Positions 14,414-29,417 are shown, numbered from the stretch's first letter. The stretch is 64,000 nt of DNA from Octopus vulgaris (GCA_951406725.2 OX597827.1:58776001-58840000); one strand, 5' to 3'. The notes: generated by a model from the letters alone, not told the origin. Numbers and translations are program-made.

Positions 14414-14472
<59 letters not shown>

Positions 14473-14890
14473 CATATATATATATATATAATTCCAAGAA
14501 AGTTAGAGGTTGTGAATCCAACCAACTAAGGGATAATATCTATCCAATATACTGCTGGTAGAATACCCAATTATTAATACACAAGTGTTTTTTTTATTGG
14601 ATGGCAATTACATAACCGAGTGTAATAAATGGGGGAGGATAAAAAGTTATTTTATCCTTAATTTATAGAGCAATAAGAAAATGGAGGGGATCAATAGGTG
14701 GCATTTATCAACTTTTAGGCATATATACATATGTGTGTATTTGTTTAGAATTAACTGTCAGGAAAAAGATTAATCAATACCATAGTAGAGGTTAATGATA
14801 TTTTACTTTGGTTGAGTCAGCCTCTTGCTACTCCGAGTTTCACCTGTAGGTACGCTGGATCTTCGGATAAGCTGGGAATCCCAAAATAAC

Positions 14891-14949
<59 letters not shown>

Positions 14950-14955
<6 letters not shown>

Positions 14956-15258
14956 TAAATTAGAGATAAAACCACTATTAGGCAAATCATACAATGAAAA
15001 ACTTAAGCCAATACATAAGATTATTTAATTTATATTATTTAAATATATAACAAATATTTAAACCACCTGATGAATGACTGTAACTCGAAAATTTAAAGAA
15101 ATTAACAGCCATGAAACGATCGTAGTGTTATATTAATTATATTTTTTAAATAATTTTGTTATATATTTAAATAATATAAATTAATTAATCTTATGTATTG
15201 GCTGAAGTTTTTCATTGTATGATTTGCCTAATAGTGGTTTTATCTCTAATTTAATATA
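14950..15258. repeat. Inverted repeat, about 110-bp arms, around a hammerhead-containing spacer
   Basis: TATATTAAATTAGAGATAAAACCACTATTAGGC... versus ...GCCTAATAGTGGTTTTATCTCTAATTTAATATA. Confidence 0.9.
15061..15129 (+). ncRNA. Minimal type-I hammerhead ribozyme motif inside a long inverted repeat
   Basis: CAC-CUGAUGA-AUGACUGU...ACAGCCAU-GAAA-CGAUCG-UA-GUG. Confidence 0.68.
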
Positions 15259-15937
15259 ATATAATATTTTACTATAAAATTGGATTCAATCCTAAATCTG
15301 ATTTTTCCCTGTAAGTCTGGATTTATTCCCTAATATTTATTATTATTATATATATATATATATATATATAGCAAGTTCACTAGCTTCGTCTCCGTAATCC
15401 TTTGTACTATAGGCACAAGGCTTGAAATGCTCAACTGGTGCTTTTCATCACTCTCCGAGAAGAAATGAAAAGACAAAGTTGACCACGGGGTAATTTGAAC
15501 TCTGAACATAAAGACATGCTCTCGAAAGTAGGAAAAGCGAAGTTAATTCGGCGGGCTTTGAACTCAGGACGCGAAGAGCCGGACAAATATTCCAGATTGC
15601 ATTTAAGCCGACGCTCTTGCAACTTTTGCCAATTTACCACCTTTGAATACGATTTCAAATTTTGGCACAAAATCAGCAATTTCAGAGAAAAGGGTGTTAG
15701 TCAATTATGGCGACCCCTGTAACTTGCAAGTACTTTATTTCATCGGCCCCGAAGAGATGAAAGGCATGGTCGTGATGGATGGTATTTGAACTCAGAACTT
15801 AAGGAACCGGAAGAAATGCCTCTAAGCATTAGGGCCGGCCTGCTAACGATTCTTCCAGCACGCCAACTTATCACCACCTTCAACTACAGTAATACGATAA
15901 ATATTCATTTGTGACGACATAGAGCAAGAATCTAAAT

Positions 15938-16642
15938 CAGTGGCTCTCAACTGGAGGTCCATATGGCTCTTGGAAGTCCATATGGCCCTTGGGGATTCAT
16001 ATGGCCCTTGGAGGTTCATATGGCCCCTGAAGGTCCATATAGCCCTTGGAGATTCATATGGCCCTTAGGGATTCATATAGCCCTTGGAGGTTCATATGGT
16101 CACTGAAGGTCCATATGGCCCTTGGAGATTCATATGGCCCTTAAGGATTCATATAGCCCTTGGAAGTTCATATGGTCCCTGAAGGTCCATATAGCCCTTG
16201 GAGATTCATATGGCCCTTAGGGATTCATATAGCCCTTGGAGGTTTATATGGTCCCTGAAGGTCCATATGGCCCTTGGAGATTCATATGGCCCTTGAAGGT
16301 CCATATGGCCCTTGGAGGTCCATATGGCCCTTGGGGATTCATATGGCCCTTGAGGATTCATATGGCCCTTGGAGGTCCATATGGCTCTTAAGAATTCATA
16401 TGGCCCTTTCGGTGTCCATAAAAATTTTGTTGCTAAAAGTTATGTACAATAAATTGCTTACACTTCTAGAACACACAAAATATTTTACGAATATTTTTTT
16501 TCATACAATTCCTGATAATATTTAATTATAAAAGTATAATGGGATTTTATTTAACCCTCGAATGTTTAACAGGGTCCAGTAGAGAAAAATAGGAATCAAA
16601 GGGGTCCATTAGCAACAAAAAAAAAATGGTTGAGAACCACTG
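15938..16642. mobile_element. hAT/Charlie-like MITE containing a 20-bp minisatellite
   Basis: TIRs CAGTGGCTCTCAAC / GTTGAGAACCACTG with degenerate 8-bp TSD ATCTAAAT/ATCAAAAC. Related copies at 17274-17561 and about 6534. Confidence 0.8.
15952..16418. repeat. 20-bp minisatellite, about 23 units, with 80-bp higher-order period
   Basis: Tandem G(A/G)T(T/C)CATATGGCCCTTGGA-like units without spacers. Confidence 0.95.
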
Positions 16643-17273
16643 ATCAAAACAAAGAGGAGAAATGAAGGGGATGATGGTCATTCTTTTAATTTTCTTGTGA
16701 TGATCAAGGACCATAAGAACTGGATTCGGTCGATATATGCGGTCCGGGGACCGGATATTTAAGGGGAGGCCTATAAATATCAAATGAATCCCTTCCTCAG
16801 AAAGGATGGTACGGAACGTAACTTACAGCATTGTTAAACATAGGGAGGATCCTCTATATGAATGGGGACGAAAGCAGTTTTGTTCCACGTTGGTGACATA
16901 AATGAAACGAAATTATTACGTTTTGGGGTCGAAACCTCGATCTACTCGGAGTGACAGGTGGTTGATCAACCTGTTGGAAATAACTACCAAATTTCTCCCT
17001 CAGATCACAACATAAAAAAGAACATAAATATTGGTTTCACATTTTTGGTACAAGGCCAGCAAGTCCGGGGGCGTGGGAGTAAGTCGATCACATCGATCGC
17101 AGTACTTGACTGGTACTTAATTTATCGTCCCCGAAGGTATGAAAATCGACCTCGGCGAAAACTGAACTCAGAACGTAAATACGGACGAAACACCTCTAAG
17201 CATTTTGCCCGGGGCGATAATGATTTTGTCGGTTCGCCACCTTAAAGAGGGCTTTAAAAACCTCATTTTAAAG

Positions 17274-17561
17274 CAGTGGTTCTCAACCAGGATCCACATG
17301 GCCGTTAGGGGTCCACTTGACCTTTAAGGGTCCATAAATGATTTTGTTGATAAAAATTTATATGCAATAAACTGGTTATTCATCCACAATACACAGAATA
17401 TTAAAACATTTTTGGATACAATTACTAATATTGAATCATAAAAAATTGGATACAATTACTAACATTGAATCATAAAAATATATGGGAATTTTTAAACATT
17501 GAATAGCTATGAGGGTCACCCTACCTTAAGGAGCCAAAGGGCAAAAAATATTTGAGAACCA
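17274..17561. mobile_element. Second copy of the hAT-like MITE (unexpanded)
   Basis: CAGTGGTTCTCAACC ... TTTGAGAACCA with internal similarity to 16400-16640. Confidence 0.7.
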
Positions 17562-17799
17562 TATCAAGCTTCTTCAGTCTCCACCACCATCATCTCATAT
17601 ATCTTCCTGATCTCCGAGAATATGAAACGCTAAGATGACTCTGGTGAGATTCGAACACAGAACAGGAGAAGAAGAAAATATTTAACAGCATTGCCTTCAG
17701 TTTGATACTCAAGTGTTGCCAATAATCCCTTCTAAGATACTAAGTGGGAGTTGCTCAAACTACTAGATATAGCAGTCAAAGCAAACTTCAAATCATTCC

Positions 17800-17861
<62 letters not shown>

Positions 17862-17961
17862 TTAAAATGAGGGTGAGAAATTGGATATTAATTTAATTAA
17901 CATCAATTTAACACCTGTGGTCTAGCATATTAAAATCTGAAGGTTCAGTAAATTGTATTAT

Positions 17962-18137
17962 ATACATATGAGAGGGATGACCACTATGTGGGCAACCCTT
18001 ATGCCAGAGGTAGATCCGCTATGGTCTTACCACTAAGAAATGTTCTCAAGAATGTTCTTGAGAACATTTCTTAGTGGTAAGACCATAGCGGATCTACTTC
18101 TAGCATAAGAGTTGTCCACATAGTGGTCATCCCTCTC

Positions 18138-18145
<8 letters not shown>
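17962..18145. repeat. Near-perfect palindrome, about 90-bp arms, 2-nt spacer
   Basis: Arms differ at 4 positions, all transitions; centre TCAAGAA-TG-TTCTTGA. Confidence 0.95.
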
Positions 18146-18168
<23 letters not shown>

Positions 18169-18194
18169 TGTATGTATGTATGTATGTATGTATG

Positions 18195-18317
<123 letters not shown>

Positions 18318-18645
18318 AATCAAACGAAAGAAAAAACAATTCCTTCGAAGGGATGTAAAACACCCAATTTTCACAGGTACAACAGTTGAATACCACAGAT
18401 AAACGGGTACAATTATATCTTCTTGTAGTATATCATATCATAATGTAAATAAATTTTTAGTTTGTCAATTGTGTTTCTCGACTTCATTTAATATTATGCA
18501 CAAACCCAATATATAGAAATCAAATAAATAACAAAATGCAATACAGTATTAATGCAATACGACTCCATTTAATCGATCAGTGAAAGCATTACATACATAC
18601 ATACATACATACACACATACATGCATATATATATATGTATGTATG

Positions 18646-18752
<107 letters not shown>

Positions 18753-18815
18753 AAAATTCAAAATATACAAAAGACAAGACAGAGACAGGTGAGGGAACCA
18801 CAAGGTGTGCATGCA

Positions 18816-18919
<104 letters not shown>

Positions 18920-19768
18920 ATATGTTTGTTTTTCTGTGTTTGTCCCCACAACATCACTTGACAACCGATGCCGGTGTGTCTACGTCCCCGTGTCCCCGTA
19001 ACTTAGCGGTTCGGCAAAAAGAGACCGATAGACTAAGTACTAGGCTTACAAAGAATAAGTCCTGGGGTCGGTTTGCTCGATTAAAAGGCGATGCTCTTGC
19101 GTAGCCGCAGTCAAATGACTGAAACAAATAATATATATATATATTTTTATATATATATATATATAAACCAGCTTAGAGAAGAAGAAACGAAACCAAACCA
19201 AACGAATCGAATCGAATCGACGCGAAGGCGCTCAGTCATACAATAGTGTAATAAATAAAATATATGCATACGTACAAACATATATGTACGTACCTACATC
19301 TACATGTATATATACATGCATATATAAATATATATACGTGTGTACAGGACACCACAAATAGACGTAGAACTCAACGAGAAACGAAAACGTAAAAGCAGCA
19401 TGGAACGGACCTTTTTTTTTTTTTTTCAACAACGAAAAAACAGAGTACAAGACAACTACACAAGGAAAAATCCCCTTCATCAGCTGTCCCTAGTTCAACT
19501 CCAGCGTGTTTCGAAGGTAAGGATCAAGGTGTAGACAGATAGCGAGCTATCTGTAGAGGGTATAAAAATACTGCTTAAAAACAGAAAGTTGTAAATTTTT
19601 CCCCTATCGAAGTTCGATAGGCTGAAAAAATTGCTCTATAGCTTAAAGCTAGCAACAAAGGTTGCTATGTATGTGAATAGAATTCCAGAAGTGTATGGAA
19701 TGGATAAACTAATACACCAGTTGGTTGTTTATACACCTGTCCTCGTATTTTGCTTTTCTGTAAATTTC

Positions 19769-19870
<102 letters not shown>

Positions 19871-20418
19871 TGTACGTATGTATGTACGTATGTATGTATG
19901 TATGTATGTATGTATGTATGTATGTATGTATGTATGTTTGTATGTATGTATATATATAGTAAATCCCAAAAAGAACAAACAAGACAACAACAACGCGAGG
20001 ACGTGGTACATGTAATGTATTAGCAGACGCTCAGGAAAGGAAAGAAAGATGGTTTAACGTTTCGAGCAGACGCTCTTCTTCGGAAACAGAGGAAAGTCCA
20101 ATAGAAGGGAAGACGAAGGAAAAAAATCACCTAATGTATATATATAGATATATATATGTGTGTGTGCGTGTATATATATATATATATATATATATAAATA
20201 CATATATATATATATATGTATGCATGTATATATATATATATACTTACATTAATTAATATAGACAGATGGGTGCAGTGTGATGACTAAGGTTGTCAGAACA
20301 CCTACATTGCTAGAAATAAGAGCTAAACTGCACAAAATTGTATACATATATACTGACAGAAACCGTCATTGCTCGAAAGCACCGGTCGAGATTTCTCTAT
20401 ACTGATCGGTCAGTTACA

Positions 20419-20478
<60 letters not shown>

Positions 20479-20496
20479 CATACATACATACATACA

Positions 20497-20527
<31 letters not shown>

Positions 20528-21137
20528 TGGCGTTCAATCATATAATAATATAAATAATATATACATATATATGTGTATGCATACATATGTGTATATACAT
20601 ACCTATATATATGTGTGTGTGTGTGTGTTTGTGTGTGTTTCCGTCCCTGTTTTTTATACATTCGCTGCTTTCTCCCAAGGAAATCTAATACTCTTAGCTT
20701 AGTTTTTCCTTGGAGCTGGCCAGATTGGAGCATTCCCGAGAATAACCAGCCGAAATTGCTAAGATAATCTGGAACTCGACTGAGAATAGAAAACTCTGAA
20801 TGACCCGTCCTTGTTTTCTTTGTATCATTTGTCTGGATGTTTTGGTGTCCCTTTTTTCTATCACCTAACTATCAGGATGTTTTGCGTTCTTGTGCCATTT
20901 TTGTATTATATATATATATATGCATATGCTTGCGTGCATGTGTGTTTGTGTGTGTGTGTGTGTATGTGTGTGTGTGTGCGTCAGTGTAAATAGACATAAT
21001 GTAATATAGGGGTGTGTACAAAATGTAACGTAGATATTCGTGTGCCAAGTGACACGTATATATATATGAGGAGTCACAAGCCGCGCCATGTTAGTAGTTG
21101 GCACTCATATATGTGTATATATATATATATATATATG

Positions 21138-21193
<56 letters not shown>

Positions 21194-21328
21194 ACGAAAC
21201 TGAGTATCAAAATTCGGTTGATAACTGATGATGAATTAGGGTCTTTCTGTGTATGTTCTACGTGTACATTTCTTAGCTATCGTTGTTTATTTAATGCACT
21301 TTTCATTGATATATATATACATAAGTAC

Positions 21329-21361
<33 letters not shown>

Positions 21362-21384
21362 CATACATATATATATATACATAC

Positions 21385-21506
<122 letters not shown>

Positions 21507-22134
21507 GTATAATGGAATAATTACTATGAACCATTGTGTAGAATATATTGTCTAAAAGATCGTGGGTAAGGCCAAAACAATGCGAAGCAAATGCTAGGTA
21601 AATCACAAAAAAACAAATGTGTGAATTAATGTAGACTTACCTATTGAATACAAATTTGTTTTCTTGTGATTTACCTTGTATTTACTTCGCATTGTTTTGG
21701 CCCTATCCACGAACATTTATACAATATATATATACATATATAACATACCGATCATATCAAGTGGCTCTCATGGGAATAAAAACCTCATAGATAATAATTA
21801 TTATTAAAATTATAATTTAGGTTATCTAAAAAGATACCACCATGCAAGGTATAGCAGTCAAAACTTGACTCTGTGTAGATACCCTTAATTGTAATTTATA
21901 TATGTATATATAAATTATCCAAGCGTTACTTTTCTGACCAAGGGTGTCTTGATTATATGAAATGTACACTGTCGTTAGGAGATCCCGCGTTGACTGGTTA
22001 GAGATTCGATCGAAATGCACCTTCTGCGCCAGTAAACCACTATTTTTCCTGAAAGTTGCTTTTTTTATATCTTCTACGGATTGCTTGAAGCTCATTAATA
22101 TCATACATCTTGATCTTACTTTTACATATCTATC

Positions 22135-22239
<105 letters not shown>

Positions 22240-22383
22240 GTCTGTCTGTCTGTCTGTCTATATGTTTGTCTATCTATTTATCTATCTATCTGTCTGTCAG
22301 TCTGCTCCAGCATGGCCGCAGTCAAATGACTGAAACAAACAAAAGAATAAAATAATATACATATATATACATATATACATGCT

Positions 22384-22447
<64 letters not shown>

Positions 22448-22508
22448 AGCATGTATATATGTATATATATGTATATTATTTTATTCTTTTGTTTGTTTCA
22501 GTCATTAT

Positions 22509-22539
<31 letters not shown>

Positions 22540-22606
22540 CTTCATACTTATGTATATTATGCCTGTATATATCTATATAAAAATGTATATATACATCTAC
22601 ATATGC

Positions 22607-22648
<42 letters not shown>

Positions 22649-22798
22649 GTATGTACTGGGAGAGTAAGAGAAAGTCATTAGATACACACACATACACACA
22701 ATTTAATAGTGATAGGTTCGTTTCACGAACCCGTTAGTCAGGCTTGTAAATATATACATACATGCATACATACATACATACATACATACATACATACA

Positions 22799-22829
<31 letters not shown>

Positions 22830-22979
22830 GAACGCGAGAAGGAGAGAGACAGATAGAGAGGAGAGAGTGAGGAGAAAGAGGAGATAGAGTGAGAGAGATA
22901 TTATACACACTCACATACACATACATATATTCATGTATGTATATATGTGTCTGTGTTGTAGATAGATAGATAGACAGAC

Positions 22980-23055
<76 letters not shown>

Positions 23056-23386
23056 GGATGGATGGATGGATGGATGGATGGATGGATGGATTGATGGATG
23101 GATGGATGGATGGATGGATAGTAAAAAGTACATACCTTAAGATTGAATCTTTCCTCCGTATTTTCGTTGCTTCAATTAACGGTAGGTAATCAAATTAACT
23201 CTACTTATGAGGTTGTGTATTTTTTATAAGCAGAATAACAGAATTATAGAATATCAGAATCTGTTGTTCAGTATAATAATCAAAGACACTTGTTTGGCTT
23301 TGCTGTCGTAGTTATCTCATTGGTCTTCGTGGGGATGGGGCGATTTTTAAAATATATTTCTATTTCTTAATTAAATATATATATAT

Positions 23387-23426
<40 letters not shown>

Positions 23427-24567
23427 GTGTGTGTATGTATGTATGTATGTTTGTATGTGTGTGTGTGTAAGTATGTATGTATGTATTATGTAAGTATATG
23501 TGTATATATATGTTGGTCTTTCGTTTGTTGTTTAGCCAACAACTTACAAGCAAATTGCAAAGATAAATGAAATACTTGTATGTATAATTCTATGTTTATT
23601 ATTATTATTGCTGTTGTTGTTGTTGTTGTAGCTGTTGTTGTTGTTGTTGTTGTTAAGCAGAAAATAATGTCGACCGTGGAGGAAAAAAAAATATCAGACA
23701 GCGTTGTGTCACGGAGATTTATCAGATACCACGGAATGTCACTGTTCAGTTACATATCTCACACGCATTGTCGCAAGTAATGTTACACAATATGTGCCGT
23801 AGAAGTTTAGCAGTCACACAACATATGTGTGTTCGCAGATATAGCTGAATTGCACGGGTATTATTTGAATAGTCCACAGGCTTATCACACAGTTCGGTTG
23901 TATATCACAGATATATTATGTACAATGCTAACTACACGTGGGGTATGTCACACTGTTTATGATATAAGACGGGTAAAACATCATAAATAAATGTGTGGAT
24001 ATGTGCGTGTGTGTGTTCGTGTATTTGTATGGATGTGTCTATCCATGTGCATGTGCGTGTGTATATATATATATATATATATATAGGTCTACCTGTGTGT
24101 TTTTGTGTGTATCTGCGTGTATGAATGAATGTATGTATGCGTGTATGTATCAATGCAATAGATTAGTATATTTGTAAATGTGCGTGTGCTTGTGTGTTTG
24201 TATGCCGATGTATTTATGTACATATATCTGTGTATATGTTTGTGTGTGTGTGTGTGTGTGTGTCTAAGACTTTGTATATCTATGTGTGTATGTGTGTCTG
24301 TGTGTGCATATATATATGCATGTATGTATGCACGTTTGTATGCATGTATGTATGTATGTATGTATGTATGTATGCTGGTCTTCGTGTGTATGTATGTATC
24401 TAGGTATATATATATATATATATATCTATATAATTATATGTTTATCTGTGTGTATGCATGCAAAGATGTATTTATATATGTACGTATGTATATATATATA
24501 TATGTATGTATGTATGCGAGTACGAATGCTTGTATGCAAATATGTATGTATGTACGTATGCATACAA

Positions 24568-24598
<31 letters not shown>

Positions 24599-25131
24599 TG
24601 TATGTATGTATGTATGTATGTATGTATGTATGTATGTATTACTAATCAAAAATTGTTAGTCCGTCTGTCGACACCAGAAAGGCATACATCCCGTTCAATA
24701 TTATTATACGCAGATATAACTGAACACCCATGTTATACAGATTTAGTCAGAAGGTATGCATGTATATAGATCCCAAAAGAACCTTGCACTTCGGTTATAC
24801 CACACAGAACAAAGTAAGTTCCTTGCGTAGTGGAGTCGCGGCTACGTAACGTACGTCACACCGTATTCCACAGATATCGCCTCGTTACAATGTTTGTCAC
24901 AAATATATGTCACAGGTAGTAGAGACGGAAAACTAGAAGGCATACAAGATACATTATGTATTATACATACATATATACATAAATATATTTTTATGTATAT
25001 ATTTGTTCATTAAAATAATGCTGCTACTACTAATTCAGCAACAGGTAACAATCACTTCATCATCTGTGTGTATCAGGTGAAAAGTAATCGAAAAAATAAA
25101 TAAATAAATAAATAACAACAACAATAACAAC

Positions 25132-25234
<103 letters not shown>

Positions 25235-25763
25235 TGAAAAAGCAGGTAAGTAATAAATTAAAAGCGGGTTTTACGTATAGATGTTCTTTAGTCCGTCAAG
25301 ACATTATTACAATGGTTAATGGAGAAAAAAGTGTTCTTGTCATTGCTGTTGTTGGTTTAAATATTTCCTCCACTGCTCGGAATCCTTCCTAGTTCACTTG
25401 GCTTTAAAGATAAAAATGTAAAAAAAAGAAACAAGCCGAACCAAAGCCTTCCGATTTTTGCTTTTCCGTTAATACTCGGAATGTTCCGCCTAACGCGCAC
25501 ACACGCACGTATATAGCTACATTGATAAACACCACACACACACACACACACAGCTACAAACCGCCTCCACCACCACCACCACCACCACCATCAATACGAC
25601 CATCACCACCGCCAGAACAACAACAACAGCAAACTTTAAAATGCAATGATATGACTTCCTTTACATTTTATTTACAATTTATTTCTCGACCTTCTTTTCC
25701 TTGTCTCTCTCCCCTACTATCCAACTCTCTATCCACTTCACTCTCTCTCTCCTTCTCTCTCTG

Positions 25764-25810
<47 letters not shown>

Positions 25811-26687
25811 GGTGAATAACTGTCGATATGCTGTTCATCACCCCCTCACTCTTTCTCTTCCTGTCTTTTTATCTTCCCCGCTTTCTTTGGACAGGTAGGT
25901 AGAAAGAGACAGAAATAGTGAGAGAGAGACAGAAAGACAGAGAGAAAGAGACAGAAAGAGAGAGAGGAAGAGTTACAGCCAGCTATATAGCAATCTTACT
26001 ACAACACTTCCACCCTCCCACTCCTTTGGTTATAATAAGCTTTCCCTTCCCTCAAATCCACTCCTTCCACCTTTTTCTCTATACTTCTTTTTTTTCCTAC
26101 TCAACCGTCTCCAAATTCTTTACCTACATTCAAACGACCTATCAGCTGCTTCAGTAGCAATCCTCAAAGCGACGTTCTAAAATACAACCAATCACAATTA
26201 ACCATATACTGACAGCCCCACCCTTCTAACACTTTCATTGGTTAAATACGTTCCAAAGGCGTGACTATTCAAAGCACTTGCTTTTGCTCTCTCATTTTTC
26301 CTATACAACGCAGAACGCCTCACAGAAGAAATTTTTCTGTACAACCTGGAAGGAAGGCATGATTCTCGTTAAAATGGGTTATCAGCAATGCTCTGCCACG
26401 ACCACACATCACTCCCATTTTATACAGTAATTCACGCACTACGCACTCCGTACGTTTTGCTGAATGAAATCAAAGATAGTTAATTACAGTAACTCAACGT
26501 TCTGAATGGGTTAATATTTTTTTATTTTATTTTCTTTGCATTCATTTACTCACACAAATGCACGCACACACATACACACATCCTCGCACACACGCACACA
26601 TCCACACGCAAAGGCACAGATACACTGCTACACACAAAACTATAAATGTATACATATATACTTTTATATACACAAATACTCAAACAC

Positions 26688-26841
<154 letters not shown>

Positions 26842-27295
26842 ATAAGATCAACAAATATACATATATATATATACATATATTTACATATATATGTATACAT
26901 ATATTCAAAGCCTTATGAGTGGATTTGGTAGACGGAAACTGAAAGAATCCCGTCGCATGTGTGTCCCCCCCCCCCCCAGCATCACTTGACAACCGATAAC
27001 TTTGCGGTTCGGCAGAGAGAGCTTGATAGAATAAGTACTAGGCTTCCAAAGAATAAGTCCTGGGGTCGATTTGCTCGACTAAAAGCGGTACTCCAGCATG
27101 GCCACAGTCAAATGACTGAAACAAGTAAAAGAGTAAAAGAGTAAAAAAAAATTGTTGCCGTGTGGTATAGATTGTCCTCAAAAGGATTAAGTGGACCATT
27201 CTCTTTTTACGGTTCTGTGATTGATCCTGTTTATTTCAAATTAGTGCAACAATCTGTGATGCCAAGCTTTCTCTCTCTCCCTCTCACTCACTTTA

Positions 27296-27695
27296 CTCTT
27301 ACTCTTTTACTCTTTTACTTGTTTCAGTCATTTGACTGCGGCCATGCTGGAGCACCGCCTTTAGTCGAGCAACTCGACCCCGGGACTTATTCTTTTTGTA
27401 AGCCCAGTACTTATTCTATCGGTCTCTTTTTGCCGAACCGCTATGTTACGCGGACGTAAACACACCAGCATCGGTTGTCAAGCAATGCTAAGGGAACAAA
27501 CACAGACACGCAAACACACATACATATATACGACAGGCTTCTTTCAGTTTCCGTCTACCAAATCCACTCACAAGGCATTGGTCGGCCCGGGGCTATAGCA
27601 GAAGACACTTGCCCAAGATGCCACGCAGTGGGACTGAACCCGGAACCATGTGGTTGGTTAGCAAGCAACTTACCACACAGCCACTCCTGCGCCTA
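27296..27695 (-). mobile_element. Family-A SINE, tail-to-tail with a + copy at 26907-27145
   Basis: Reverse complement of the family-A consensus. Confidence 0.88.
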
Positions 27696-27699
27696 TATA

Positions 27700-28170
27700 C
27701 TCTACTATACTCCACTTCATTCATGCCTTTTCACTCAATCCAGTTACTCCGCTAATTCTACTCAATCAATTCCACTCAAGCAGCTTAATACCACTCTACC
27801 ATCTCCACTCACTGCACTCCACTTCACTTCAATTCATCCCACTCCATTCCACTCACCCTACTCATTGCATTTCCTCTTCCCACTCCTTTCACTCATTCAC
27901 CCCTTCTGGTCCGCTTCACTCACTCTACTTATTGTACTTTCTCCTCCCACTCCTTTCTCTCACTTCACTCCCTCTGATTCCCTCAACGCCACTCACAACT
28001 CCGTTCCAATCCACTGCATTCCACTCTACTTCACCCACATCATTCAACTCCACTTCACCCAACTCCACTCACTCCACAACCCCTATTCACTCCACTTTAC
28101 CTCATTCACTCTCTTCCATTGAGTTCACTCTACTTCCTCATCCCACTCAATTCCCCCATTCTCTCTACCC
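27700..28170. repeat. Degenerate (CACTC/CACTT)n pentamer low-complexity tract
   Basis: Recurring tccactc/ttcactc; nearly G-free on the + strand. Confidence 0.8.
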
Positions 28171-28439
28171 CACCCCAACCTGCGATGGACTGGCGTCCCG
28201 TCCAGCTGAGGGGAACACATACGCCACGGAAACCGAGAAACCGGGCCCATGAGCCTGACTAGACTTGAAAAGGGCGCATAAATTTTTAAAAAATGTTCTC
28301 TACAGCTTGATACCTTTCCTAACGCTAACTATTTCAGAGCATGTAGTGGGCACTTTTTTTCTTTCTTTCGCGCCATCAGCACGAGTTTTAGTCGCCATAC
28401 AGTTCGCGAAAGTCTACGAACCGCGAGTGGTAGGCGTGA

Positions 28440-28900
28440 TTTTTGGTAGGAATATGGTAGAAGTATGAGAAAAAGAGAAAAACTATTTCCTCTTGTAGAG
28501 GATCAAGTCTAAAGTGAGATAAAGAGAAAGAGAGATAAAAGCTAACAAAACATAATAGAAAGAAGACAAAAGCAAGAGTACGTCTTTTTGTTGTCTTTTT
28601 ATTAAAAACTTTTATTGTTCTACAAATTTTACACACCGTCGACAAGCGTTGGGTCTTCCTTATTGCTTTGGAAAGAAAAACAATGAATTTATTTGACTTA
28701 AATAATATAGTAAAATCGTTTCCTTTTGATGGTATACATTTCTTTTGCATGCGTTTGCTTAGGACCTTTTGTTTTAGGGGACGAATAAAGCTGGGATAGA
28801 GTTTCTGAGTATATGGTTATGGAGTATGATCGCTGTTTTATTGCAGTATGAAATTGTAAGGTATTTGTGAGACGGGGTCGGGTGTGCGAGGTCTAGTGAT
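28440..28900 (-). mobile_element. Highly decayed Penelope-like C-terminal fragment
   Basis: Remnant ...KRMQKKCIP.KG...FKSNKF.V...T.RL..VCKIC resembles the PLE linker/Zn-knuckle region. Confidence 0.4.
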
Positions 28901-29000
28901 TAGAATCAAACATCACATCATATCATATGCATACATGCATATATACATACATACAAACATACACACATGCACATATGTATGTAGGCTTATATACATGTAC

Positions 29001-29118
<118 letters not shown>

Positions 29119-29417
29119 TATGTATGTATATATGTAAGCGTGCATATTTGTATTCCTGCATACACGTAACTATGTATATCTATGAATATATTTGTTTATG
29201 AAGATATAGGTAATTATAAACATGCGTATATGCAGATTTATAGATACATACACAGACATACGTAGATTTATATATATAAGTTTTATTATAATAAATGTAT
29301 GTATATATCGCCATGCTTGACCGCTAAATCCACAAGTTTTTTCTTATTCTCTCTCTGTTTACAGACACATGCATGAATGCGTATGTGTACTTTTATATAT
29401 GTACGTACATACATACA

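Noticed and set aside
15952-16418. CRISPR-like regular array
   Set aside because: Units are contiguous with no unique spacers, there are no cas genes, and the context is eukaryotic. It is a minisatellite in a MITE.
16837-16863. 27-nt minus-strand microexon that could join the 7523 acceptor in frame
   Set aside because: Good donor but weak acceptor; longer versions hit stops in all frames; no homology. Kept only as part of a speculative transcript.
25296-25343. Short ORF MTRTLFSPLTIVIMS* after a promoter-like region
   Set aside because: Only 15 codons; shifting the homopolymer by one base does not extend it meaningfully.
27475-28252. 215-aa and 106-aa ORFs rich in S/T/P/H
   Set aside because: SINE antisense sequence plus a degenerate CACTC low-complexity tract.
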